Below, piece by piece: positions 40,700 to 53,748 of a stretch of DNA of 64,000 nucleotides; the stretch's first letter is position 1; every line of letters starts with the position of its first letter. Below the pieces are notes generated by a model. It had not been told where the DNA came from. It saw only the letters and a list, made by a program, of their open reading frames with translations, and searched no databases. Position numbers and translations under genes: made by a program. Source of the DNA: Octopus sinensis (taxonomy: Eukaryota); the NCBI RefSeq assembly GCF_006345805.1, contig NC_043001.1, positions 77,872,001-77,936,000 on the forward strand, in the 5' to 3' direction.

Positions 40700-41053
40700 T
40701 TTCAAAGAAAAAGGTAATGTAAAAGGAGAAGAAAGGGGACTCTCTACACCCCCTTTTTTTGACCAGGCTCCCGTTGGCTTTTGTAGGGTTTTTTCCACCG
40801 GGAACATTTCGAGACGTCTCCCCCTTTTGGGAGTTTTTCATTGTTTTTAATAATCATTGTTTTAATGTTTTTTACACGGATTTTTTAACAAACGGACAAA
40901 ACCCTTTGTAACCTTTCGTCCTGTCTTGTCCCTTTATGTAATCATGCGTGTCAGCCCTTGTGGCCAATAAAAAAGAATTGATTATTATTATTATTATTAT
41001 TATTATCATTATTATTATTATTATCATTAATATTATTATTATTATCATTATTA

Positions 41054-41612
41054 TTGACTGAGAGATCACTGTATGCCATCAAAGTGAAACTGGGATAAAA
41101 TATACGAAGCCCAGTATACTCATCATGACTACCTTTCTGATAAGGGTACACCAGGCACATGCATCACAATCAAATGTGCGCGACATTGTGATCTCATATC
41201 AAGATAAACAGCGCATGACCTTGCAGGTGGGGCCCAGTTAGAAATTTCTTCTGGGCGAGTAGCCCATCCCGCCCAGAAGGTCCCTGAATATAGATTGTTT
41301 AAAGATGTTGAACGAACTACCCATGTTTCCAAAGGTGAATTATCCAAACCTCCAAGAATTCCTTTCAACACACGGCTATGATGCTCCCCACTACTTCTGC
41401 TCGTGGTCAGAGATGCACATATCGTCAACCACTAAAGGACATGCTCAACTGGTTAAGGTCAAACAACTGACAAGCAAATTTGTGGTATTGAGTAGAATAT
41501 TCGCTGTAGCCCATCTTTTAAACCAAGACAAAACATTGTACATGATAACACTTCCAATCAATCAAGATCAGAAGCCATGAGAGCCACTGTCTGGTACAAC
41601 ATCTGGGCGTTT
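41054..41612 (-). mobile_element. Longest copy (~560 bp) of the (TAA)n-associated element
   Basis: Flanked by (ATT)n on both sides; no coding motif recognised. Confidence 0.8.
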
Positions 41613-41677
41613 ATTATTTATTATTGTTATTGTTGCTTTTGTTGTTGTTGTTATTATTATTATCATCATCATTATTA

Positions 41678-41774
<97 letters not shown>

Positions 41775-42300
41775 TTCGGTGGTCCTTGGTAGATGATAGA
41801 TTTTAATGCCTGCTGCTGTCAGTGACTCCAATAATGATTATGACTGCGAATATGTTTGTTGTCTTCGTCGTTATGATGGTTGTTGTAGTGATGGTGGTGT
41901 GCAAGCCATTGCAGTTGTTGATAATGTTTTTATTATTGATGGTGTTGGTGATTGTATTGGTGGTGGTGTAGACGTAGTCAAGGTGTCTTTCCTTTAGACG
42001 TTGTTCTCGATGCAGTGACTGCGGTTTTTGTGGTGGAGAGGACATGTTATGAAGATGATGATGATGATTATGGAAGTAGTGATGGTGTTGATGAGGATGA
42101 TGACGATGATGATGTTACTGCTGCTGATGATTTTGGAAGAGGATGGGTGTTATTGATGGTGTGGCTATGACAACGACGACGACGTTGTTGTTGTTGATGA
42201 TGATGATGATGACGACAACGACGACGATGATGATAATTATCTTCATCAGCCTCATAGTCATCATCATTATCATCATCATGATGCTTTTGGGTGTGGTAAT
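41613..42300. repeat. (ATT)n plus degenerate (GTT/GAT/GGT)n triplet repeats
   Basis: Direct. Confidence 0.85.
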
Positions 42301-44024
42301 GGTTTTGGGGAGAAGTAGTTTCGATATTGGACTAGTGTTAAGATGATCATTATAGCTGACAGGGATACTGGTTATGTAGTTGATTCTATAGATGTTGGTC
42401 ACAGTTGGTTCCATTGATTTAACGCTCTGATCGACTCTAATTGAGGCAGTGGTGTTTTTATTGGCGAGAAAAGTAGTTGGATCATTGCTTTGTAGTTAGA
42501 GATATGGGTGATCGCAAACATATCCTAATGATAAGTCGTTTGTTGTCCTACTTGAAGTGACTGGGTACAGCAGTTGTGGTGGTCATAATTTTGTGTTGGT
42601 CACTATTGCCCTAAGAAGAAATTGGAAGTTGTTTCGCTGTTAATAGTGACTGCATCAATAAAAGTAATGATAGTGATAACTTCGGTGAGGCTTATAGTTA
42701 TAATGCCTAATATGGTGACAGTAGTGCATCTGAATGTGCAGAATGAGGTACTATTTTGCCTTGCATCGGTGAGTACATTGGAGATAGTTGAGGGGTCTAT
42801 GCCTTTGTGAGTTTCGATGTTGGTGGTACTTTTATATAAAATCTTCAATGGAGCTACTACAAAGACATTGAATGTCAGTTACGTTTAATGCTTATTCGCT
42901 TTTAGCAACGATGTTTTTGGAAGTACAGAGCTTTTTCGTAATTCTGAAGTTGTTGTGACTCTTTAGATTTTTGCATTCTGAACACAGTGGCTCAGCAGGT
43001 TAAGACGGCTGCACTGACTAGTAATGTATAGGTTTTATATTGGCATGGCCTTTTTGGAGAATTGCCTGCCAAGACTGGAGAGTTTATCTACATTGGAGTT
43101 GCTGGAATTGTGTCAAAGAGGGCACCGGAAAACCTGGGGGACTCCACTCATTAACCTGCTATCGAGGTTGACTCGTGTAGCCTTTTATTTCTCCAAGGAT
43201 CTCAGAAGGCAGTGAGTGCTTGTGCTTGGGATTTCTTTCATAATATGCTAATTAACCAATAACTGAGATCCTGAGAGACGCTACTAGTCCGAGCCTGAGT
43301 AGATGTAGTAATAGCAATAGCTAAGTGGTGGTTCCAGACTCCTCAAAACTTTGGAACTTTCGAACCAGGGCTCCGCTATCGGATGCAGTTTGGTGTTCAT
43401 ACCCAAAACACAAACTCTACAAAAAATAAATACACATATTGTACCAATACACATCTAATATGAAATGCAAAATGCCTTACCCGAAATTATAAACTTATAG
43501 CAATAATATATTATGAAAAGAAGGAAATGAAGTACCTCATTACTGTCAATACACCACATTTATGTAAAACTGCAAACAATCTACGAATGAGCAATTCAAT
43601 TCAGAAATTCGACGGCAAAATTTTAAGTTTACACTTCTAATAATTGATTTGGCCAGATATGTACAACTTACTTTAGCAGAGTCGCTATGTATTTACAAGC
43701 AGGTTCAATTGCAATACTCTCTACTATACGTCATAAACTAAAACTAATAGAGAAATATTATCTGATAATACATGAATTATAGAATTCTTCAAAGAGATAG
43801 TTGACTGATTATAGAAGAAATATTCATATCGCAACACTATTAACACATAAACTATATATATACGCCACAAGAAGTATAAGCACCTAACTGAATCTGACAG
43901 TCAAACTATGAATCTCATACTGTAGAAATTGAACGACCAAAATGTGAATCTGACTTTATAACGGTCAGCTACTAGTTGTAAGATATGTATAAACATAAAC
44001 CTCTCATTCTACATATATACATAC

Positions 44025-44285
44025 ATACAATCACGGCGGCGAGCTGGCAGACACGTTGGCGAGCTGGCAGACACGTTGGCGAGCCGGGCGAAATGCTTAG
44101 CGGTATTTCGTCTGTCGTTACGTTCTGAGTTCAAATACCGACGAGGTCGACTTTGCCATTCATCCTTTCGTGGTCGATAAATAAAATACCAGTTTCGCAC
44201 TGGGGTCGATGTAATCGGCATAATCCCTTTGTCTGCCCTTGTTTGTCCCCTCTATGTTTAGCCCCTTGTGGGCAATAAAGAAATA
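44025..44285 (+). mobile_element. Free-standing tRNA-derived SINE with Tx1-like 3' tail and a 20-bp duplication in the head
   Basis: Head GGCGAGCTGGCAGACACGTT twice; B-box GAGTTCAAATAC; tail TTAGCCCCTTGTGGGCAATAAAGAAATA. Confidence 0.85.
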
Positions 44286-44325
44286 TATATACATACACAC
44301 ACACACACATACACACACACACACA

Positions 44326-44393
<68 letters not shown>

Positions 44394-44396
<3 letters not shown>

Positions 44397-44789
44397 CATT
44401 ATAGATATAGGGTAAAAAATTATTAATTTAATAATAAATTTTACCAAGTAGTTTCGGTATGGAAAAGAACCATATTCGATAAAAACTTATACAATAAGTT
44501 TTTTTTATATATATAATTATAACAATGATTAAGGGCTTAGCAACAAGTTGCTTCACCACATACCGAAAATTTAGAAATAGTAGCCAAAAGACCGTTATTT
44601 CTTTTCATTACAAAATATGACTCTACAGACTCCTTCTTTTTTCCTATGTGAGTTACAGATATTGTTATCTGTGGTTTCATATTTTGTAGTGAAAAGAAAC
44701 AGCGGTCTTTTGGCTGCTAGTTCTAAATTTTCAGTATGTGGTGAAGTAAATTTTTCCTAAGCCCTTGATTATTGTTATAATTATATATA
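44394..44789. mobile_element. Fold-back element related to 1645-2279
   Basis: Arms 44506-44621 and 44677-44789 are imperfect inverted repeats; shares AGGGTAAAA..ACCAAGTA and AAGGGCTTAG..CATAC..TTAGAAATAG.AGC motifs with the 1.7-kb element. Confidence 0.7.
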
Positions 44790-47700
44790 CATACATACAT
44801 ACATACATATATATATATAATAACAATTTAATAAATAAAACATATGCATAATACATACATACATACATACATATATGTACATACCTACATCTATATGTAT
44901 ATATACATGCATATATGAGTACAGGACACCACAAATAAACGTAGAACACAACGAGAAACGAAAACATAAAACCAAACAAGGAAACGGGCATTTTTTTAAC
45001 AACGAAAAAACAGAGTACAAGACAAACAACATAAGGAACATTCCCTTTCTTCAGCTGGAGGGCTACCAACTTTCTTTCTGCCCGCTGCTTTCAACAAGTC
45101 AACATCGACTTTCTTCTGTCTTCCGCAAGCCGATCTTCAACATGCGTTCTAACGAATTTTTCCACCGTCTAGGCTTAAAAAAAGCCCTTATTGTTGGTTT
45201 CCTTGTCTTGTCTTTTACTGTTTTTATCTTCATTTGTACTGTTTTTTTCTTCATTTGTATTGCTTTTACGTCCTGTTCTTGTCACTTTTTTTTTACCCCT
45301 CCTCAAAAAAATTTTATTTAATTCATTTTGCGGGAAGGATTACTTCGGCCGGATCGTGTTCTGTCCTTACCTTCGAAACACGCATTGACTCGAAACAGGG
45401 GCAGCTGAAGAAATATTGCAGAAGTCAACTCCTCCTCTCCATATCCTAAAGATGGAGTTGGAGTACTTGGAAATGGCGATAAGAATGAATGTGGGAATTT
45501 TATCGTTTTAAACCAATTAAAAGTGTCTAGTAAACAGAAAGAAAAACCAATCAGAAATCAAGAAAAATATTATATTGCAACGTAGTTGTGATTTCAATAT
45601 GTACGGTTTAAAGGAACATACATACTCAGGCACGTGTGCACGCACCCACAGACACAGACACACACCGACACACACACACACACAAACACACACACGCACA
45701 CACATACATATACTCACATGAACGCGGGCACACCCACGCATGTATGCCTATTTGTATCTCTCTTATGATTTCTGACAAACTTCGGAAAGACTCGGCTACC
45801 TTCATTTATACACACACACACGCGCGCACACATGCACAGGCACACACGCGCACACACACATATACATCCCTTCCAACACACACACGCACAGACCAATACG
45901 CATACGCATGTATCCGTGTATGTACGTGCATGTGCATGTGTGTGCATGCGTATGTATGTGTGTGCATGTGTGTGTATGCGTATTCACGTTTATAACATAC
46001 ATAGTCGTTTTAAGCATCGAGATTTTCACGCGCTATAAGTCACAAAATGTCTTCTGTTGTGCCTATACGCTGAGTTCATAATTTCGTGAGTGTATATCAA
46101 TGTACGTATGTATGTGTTTCTGCTTGTGTGTGTGTGTAACTTTGAACATATGGTTGTTCATACAACCACACACACGTGGGTATAATGGATTCACATACAT
46201 AATGCCATTAACGTACATAAAACCTCGCATATTGACACACGATTCGAGTCCCGCCCATTTTTCGAACTATCAACACACGAGCCACTCTCCCGCCTTAACG
46301 CATTAGCATTCATCATTCGACACACTTTAAGGTTAATGTACTCCTACGTTGAGCATACAGACATGCGCACACTCACACGCATATCCACATGCCTGCATTT
46401 ACACATACTAAACACGTACACACATACACTTAATCAGACACACCAACACACACACACGCGTACACACACGGTAACATACACACAAGCACAGAGCCACACA
46501 ATGGCAGGTACTGACGATAACGAGCGTGTATATTCAGACTCTCTCACGCATATATAGACATATATTGCAACTGAAGTCGAGTAGCCATTAGACATCTTAT
46601 GAATTAAGTATTTCTGTGTATTCAAACATGTTTGCCTCTCGCTGTGAAGAAAATATTTTCCGGTTTAAAATCAGAGGGTGACCATTTCGTTTCCCCTGAC
46701 AATTTTTCGCAGCTCCCCAATTGATGAGTCACTTTCCCCTACCTCTTTTCTTCTCTTTCTCTTTCTCTGTCTCTCTTTCTCTTTCTCTCTCTCTCTCGTT
46801 CTCACACTTCACACAAATCATCTTAGGTACCGCAGACACATTATTGTGTTGCTTGAACAATAAATGAATGGATGTGCCAAATAAAAACCCATACATCATA
46901 GAAATTAACAAATTCGGTAATATTTCGACCGACCTTTGTTATTGAGAATTATTTGAATTAAAATTCCGGGAGATTAAAAGATCTCGTGCTCACCAATCGG
47001 TTAATGTTTACTGGAATTGTTAAACAGCATCATACCAGTCTTACATCACCCACACGATCGAATCAACCAGGTTTATACGTTGAAATTTATCTTGCTAGAT
47101 GCAGCAGCCAAATGCACTCCATCTTTTAGAAGGAAACGCCACATGATTTAAGCATGGTGTACATACATTAATATAAGACATATGACCGCTGTATTTTCCT
47201 CCTAGTTTTGCCTGTTAGAAACTGGCCAGGACTTAACCTTGTGGAACATGATGCCAACTCATCAAAACATCAAATTCACTTTAATATCTCACCCTACGAG
47301 ATCATCACTTTGCTTCAGCTCACCTACTTATATAACATTGTCGTGTACTTTCAATTTAATAGGAACAAGCTCTATGTCAACCAGTAACTTCCTCGAAGGA
47401 GCATACTTGCAAACAAAACAGGCATAGCTGAGTGGTAAGTAGATTTCTTCCCAACGACATGCTTTCGGTATCAGTTCTATGGGGCACCACCCTGCGGGAG
47501 GTGTCTTTTGTTCTAAATCTGAGGTGACCAAAGATGTGTGAGTGGATTTGTTAGACAGAATAAGATACCGTGGTATATATATATACACGTAACTGTCAAA
47601 CAATAAGTATGAGTGTTCAACACCGCATTGGTGCATAAAATTTCTTTATTTCTGTATTAAGACTACCAATAATTTCATGTTAAAAATATCTTGATATTTT

Positions 47701-48010
47701 AACAGTTATTCAAACCGATCACATGGTGGAATGGTGTTTGTCTACATTTAGAAATATAACACGAAAACTCACGGGAATGCTTATCGGTTTGTCGTCCGTC
47801 TTTCTGAGTTCACATTCCAATCCTATTGGAGTCGTACCAGCTGAGCATTGGGGCCGATGCATTTGGCCAGTCCCCGCCTTACTAATGTTAGGCCTTGACT
47901 TGTGATAGAAAAGAATATTTCTGTTGTTCTCTCCCCATCTCTCTGTGTCTCTCTGCTTAGGTGTGTATCCATGTTTCTCTTTATGTGTACGAAGAGACGG
48001 AAAGTGTTTA

Positions 48011-48862
48011 CGAGGGGGTACACAAAAGTATCAAGACAAGCCCGTTGTAGTTCAGACTTCCGCCACTAGAAAGCCACTTCATGCAACCCTCAGGCATCAG
48101 TCTGCTGACCGGCGTCGGGGTGTGTAGTCGTACTGTCACGTGGTGCATCTATTTTGTAATGCTTCTCCCCTGTATGTCGATTTGAGATGTCTGGCGTGCT
48201 TCCGTGAAATTCTGTTTTCTGCTGGGGAAAACGGCGTCCAACACAGTTGTTATGCTTTAAACAGCTTACAAGGACACTGTCATGAGCAAAGCACACGTTT
48301 ATGAGTGTTCTTTACGCTTTAGGAGAGGTCAGTTGTTGTTTGAAGACCAACCTTGTTCGGGACAACAGTCGACCTCACGAACGAAGGAAAACAGCATGAA
48401 AATTGATGAATCTTGGAGGACTGTCACTGAACAATCGACGAAATCGCTGAAAAGATTAGTGTGTCCTGGAGCTTCAGCCACAGAATTTTGAGCGAGGAAT
48501 TGCGAATGAAAAGAGCTGCAGCAAAATTGCTCGTGGAAGTTCAGAAGCAGTCACGACTAAATGCGTGTCGTGAACTGAAAGAACCATTGGACGCCGATCC
48601 GGACCTTTTTTCGAAAGTCATTATGAAGAGCTGGTGCTACGGAATTTGCAGATGTGGAAGGGATGAAGAAATAAATGACAGAGGAGTTAAAAGGCATCAC
48701 TTAGCAAGAGTTCCCGCACTGCTTCAAAAATTGGAAAACGCATCTAGATCTATGCATTGCTTCAAATGGTATTTACTTTGAAGGCGATGTAAGTGTAAAC
48801 ATGTAAAACTAACTGAATAAAATAACGTTGCAAATTTCCGGATTCTTTTGCGTACTTTTACG
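48011..48862 (+). mobile_element. Decayed mariner element with transposase remnant
   Basis: TA then CGAGGGGGTACACAAAAG TIR, degenerate right TIR; MSKAHVYE..FRRGQLLFEDQPCSGQQSTSRT and LRMKRAAAK..DPDLFSKVI. Confidence 0.7.
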
Positions 48863-48886
48863 TGTGTCAAACGTGTTTAATTAATA

Positions 48887-49765
48887 CGTGGTCTGATCAA
48901 TAAGTATGTGGACTGTTGTCGTAGTAACAAGCTTGAACAAGCTTGAGTAAGGCCACTCGGTACAGATTAACCGCAAATCATGTTGTGAATGCGCACTAAG
49001 TTTTAACGTTCTAGCTCACAACCGCTGTTTACAACAGTGTGTAGAAGGAAGGTGTGTAGCGCGTGATCGTCGCATTGACTATGAGAGAGGAAGTTGAGCA
49101 GAGAATCTTCATCAAATTTTGCCAAAAGTTTGGCGATATCTGCTCAGAGGCCTACGCAAAGTTTTCAAAAACTTTTCTATTGCTCTCAACACGATCAAGG
49201 AGATCTTGTGCGAATGAAATACGAGTGTCCTTTTGGTCAGCTGAAAACGGTTTTGACACAAAATTAGCAAACACGCTAATGTGATAATGGAGTGAACTGA
49301 GCTGTAACTAATCTGCACCTCCTCTGATATCACACGGATGGTGATTCGACGATTTCTCCTCACAGCTGCACGCACATCTACGATGTTTTTGTCAGTCCTG
49401 CTGGTTGCAGATCTCTCAAAACCTTCGACAATATCGACATGTTTTCGGCCATCTTGGAAGCGTCTGAACCACCGGTACACGTATGCGCGGCTCAGGTACT
49501 CCTCTCCATACACTTTCCACAACTTTGCGTAGGCCTCTGAGCGGGTATCACCATGACTGTCATGGTCAATGCGACGATCAGACGCTACACACCATCCTTC
49601 CAAACACTGCTGTAAACAGCAAAAGAGAGCTAGAACTTTTAAAGTTAGTGTGAATACAGAGCAGCATTCAAGATAAATTTATGCCAGACATCTTCATTCT
49701 GGGTGTTTTAGCCTCGTTAGCTTCGTTACTTTGGCAAAAGTGCGGATACTTATTGATCAGACGTG
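48887..49765 (-). mobile_element. Second copy of the double-5'-end mariner derivative
   Basis: Same TIR, TA flanks and internal junction as 21578-22397; remnant VYGEEYLSRAYVYRWFRRFQDG..RRNRRITIRVISEEVQISYSSV. Confidence 0.85.
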
Positions 49766-50845
49766 TATATATGTCTTTCAATGAACCTTCACTCCTTGTT
49801 TTACCTTTACATGAATTCTATTTTAATCAATACACACCGATTCCTACCATACCACACTACAGCACACAACACCACCCTTAGGCATCCAGCAGTGTCTTGA
49901 ACATTCGCCGTGTCTAGTTACGTGCAACTGAATCCAGTTTGTCAAGTTTGCCAAAATCTATTACTTGATCGTCTAGATAAATTGATCTCGTATCAGCGGG
50001 GTACTGTGATTAAGGTCTTTCCTTTATTCTAAAACGAACAAGAAATGTTAACACACAAGCGCACACACGCACATAGGTAATTACGTAGAGACATATTATA
50101 TAGTTGATCTTAGCTATGTGGTAAGAAATTTGATTCCCAATCACATGGTTCCAGGTTCAGTCCCATTGCAGAGCACTTTGGAAAAGTGTCTATTTCTATT
50201 ACCTCGATAGAAATATGTATATGCGTGCGTGTGTCTTTACGTGATTGTTACCAACTACTGCTAGGGAAACGCTGTTTCTTTGTTTGCATCCCCGCATCCC
50301 CGCAAATTAACTATTCGGCAAAGAAAGACAGATAATACAAGTACCGGGTTTCAAAAAATGTACTTCTGTCGATACACCCAGCTACATCTCTTGAACGCTG
50401 TGCCTACTCTCTACTAGACGAATCTGGACGAGTCTGGACGAGTTTGGACGAACCCAGATGAGGTAAATGTAACAGAAAGAAATCTAGAGGGCTAAAAGGG
50501 ATTAGACAGACTTGGACTAGAGTATCAGAGCCCTGACAAATCTGGAGTGGCCTCTATGGGTTCGGAAAGGGCTTGTTGAGCTTTGACGCGCCTGGTTGAG
50601 CTAAAACAATCACAGAGGACTCTGAAAAGATAAGGTTAAACCTAGTCGTTCAAACACGCCTAGGGAAGCTGGAACGACACGTAACGTGCCTGGGCAAGGC
50701 TGGAGGACCCACGTCATTCATATAAGTGCCTGGACAGAGGGCAGTGGTCAGCCGTAGCTGAAACTGAAGGTGTCTGACCCTACCGGAACGAGTCTATATG
50801 AATTTGGATGCGTCTGGACCAAACGTGCGAGGTCTACCCAGGTCG

Positions 50846-50887
<42 letters not shown>

Positions 50888-50929
50888 AGATATGCATATG
50901 TGTGTATGTGTATGTGTATGTATGTCTGT

Positions 50930-50961
<32 letters not shown>

Positions 50962-51277
50962 CTGTCTGTCTGTATGTATGTATGTATGTGTAGTGCGTAT
51001 GATGTGCCTATGTCTGTATGTATGTATGTAGTATATATATATATATATATATCCATTATATGCATATGTAGAAACAAAGCTCACATAATTCATTATATAT
51101 ACCTTAACTTATACATACCTTCTCATTTGCTCTTTATATATATTCGCAGCACTTTGACATGTTTTACCGATAAGATGAAGACCAAGCTATAAGTGAGAAT
51201 ATTAATCTGCATTCATGTATCTATAAGTTCATACACATGTAAAATAATATCACGCAAATATACACACACAAGACACA

Positions 51278-51320
<43 letters not shown>

Positions 51321-51649
51321 CACACAACACACAGAGATTATGAGAGTAGGGCTGAATGTTCTGTCGAACGGAAGGGATGGAATTTCGTTCTTGTCATAGC
51401 ATCACGATACCAATTAGGTTACAACAAACCACATTACTTTATATTATATTACATTACAAGATGTCGGATAGCTTACAGGATTGCATATGGTGGCGTATAC
51501 CTTGTTGATTCGGAAACGAGGCTTAACCTCGTTTCTGATTCTGTCGTCTGCTGTCAGTTACAGTGAAGACTTGACAGGGTGATTCTAATCCACCGCTCTT
51601 CTCACGGTCTCTTGAGAAAAATACAGCTAAATAGATATATGGCAGAAAT

Positions 51650-51713
51650 GCCTATATATATATATATGTGTGGTGTGTGTGTATATATATATATATGTAT
51701 ATATATATGTATG

Positions 51714-51757
<44 letters not shown>

Positions 51758-51833
51758 ATATAATATGTGTGTATGCTTGTGAGTGAGTATAAATGTGTTT
51801 GCATGTTAATATATCTATATATGTAAATGTATA

Positions 51834-51893
<60 letters not shown>

Positions 51894-52002
51894 TGTACAT
51901 ATATATATATATACATGTATATATACATAATGTACATATATATATACATGTATATATACATAATGTACATATATATATATATGTGTGTGTCTCTCTCTCT
52001 CT

Positions 52003-52058
<56 letters not shown>

Positions 52059-52451
52059 GTACGTCTCTGTGCGGGAGGGGGGCATATGTATCTAGAGGAA
52101 ATATTTTTAGACGGTTTTCGGGTGATATTGGTGAAAAATAATGATTACTCTTTATATGGATAGACAACTTTATATGGATAGACAAAAAAAAGAAACGAAT
52201 AAGATTCTCAGAATATGTCTTGGGAATATACAAACACACGCACACACACACGCACGTGCGTGTAAATATACACATACGTTCACATACATGCATACACAGG
52301 CACAAACGCACACACTAGCATACGAAACAGATAAACATACAAACGTTTTTTTTTTCCGTCTTGAAATAAGATTAACGTATTTTTTCCATTTTTCATCCCT
52401 TCGATCATGTTGAGACATAATGGTGTTGTGTGTGTGTGTCTATGCATATAT

Positions 52452-52505
<54 letters not shown>

Positions 52506-52548
52506 GTATATATATATATATATATATATACATACATATATATATATT

Positions 52549-52579
<31 letters not shown>

Positions 52580-52790
52580 ATGTACATATATATATAAACA
52601 TATACATATATATGTGTGTATATATATATATAAATGCATATATTCATATATATAATATATATATACACATATATATATATGTATGTATATATATATACAT
52701 ATACATATATATATGTGTATACATATATATATATGTATATATATATATCATACACGAAAACAACAAATGCACATACTCACATTATATATA

Positions 52791-52842
<52 letters not shown>

Positions 52843-52860
52843 AGTGCGTGTGTGTCTGTG
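51650..52860. repeat. Compound (TA)n/(CA)n microsatellite field
   Basis: Direct. Confidence 0.9.
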
Positions 52861-53541
52861 TTTTGGATAGAAGAAAGAGTGATGGCGAGAAGTAATACGA
52901 AAGAATATTTACAAAAACAATGGCACATATGGAGAAGAGACGAAGAGTGTACGTGTAATGATAGAGCAAGAGGGGAAGAGAGAGGGAGAGAGAGGGGGAG
53001 AAAGGTTAAAGTAAAGGGGGGAAAATATCTCGTGTAGGGAGAGTGAGAGAAAAACCCAGGAGGTTGGTGAAATAGCGTTGAGTGAGTTCACATGATACAA
53101 AGATGCATTTTGCTTTTTAGACAACCTTCCGGGTTCGATAAATTATAATGGCTTGTATCAGTGTTCATTCAATCAATTATAGGAATTTGTGACGAGTTAT
53201 TATATTGATATATAATCAATGTAAGTAACTATGTAATCTTTATAAATTAATTTTGGAGAAGGTATGCTTAGAATATTGTGGGTTCGTGTAGAAGTAGAGA
53301 TATTCAATTGCTAATTTATAAGACTGCCTGTTCAACGGTTGAAGCACAGAAACCTAGGAATAGGTTGAGTGTCTAGTCTACAACTGCAACAATTCCAAAG
53401 GGACGTTGGTATAATATCGAGAGGTTCAATCGCTGTGAAAGTAGGAAATAACATTAACATTTTCATGTCGTGGGTTTAAACAACCAAAACAATCATGATT
53501 CAAATCTTATGTGTTTCTTGTATTTCTGAATAGGATATATA

Positions 53542-53748
53542 CTGTATCTTCCGTCATAGAAGTCGGCGTTGTATATAGGGTAGTCTTGTAGTGTAAAGTT
53601 AAACTTTCAAATATCGTCTTTCCAAATCCTACTACATTTTAGATGTCATTTTTGTTCTTTCAAAGTCATCTTGGTATATAAGTCGACCTAAAATTTTGGT
53701 TGTAAATTAAGTCTAAAAAATATTCGAGACATGTGCAGGAAAATACGG
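53542..53748. mobile_element. Possible Tc1/pogo-type MITE
   Basis: TA-CTGTATCTTCC ... GGAAAATACGG-TA imperfect short TIRs. Confidence 0.4.

Larger units (their letters stand above)
35115..40980 (+). mobile_element. Full-length Tx1-clade retrotransposon, copy 2, head-to-tail with copy 1
   Basis: Same 5' and 3' termini; separated from copy 1 by (ATT)11 (35082-35114); followed by (ATT)n. Confidence 0.92.

Noticed and set aside
35115-40980. Copy 2 as a pure assembly duplication
   Set aside because: ORF1 C-terminus and 3' UTR differ by many substitutions, including synonymous ones; still needs spanning reads.
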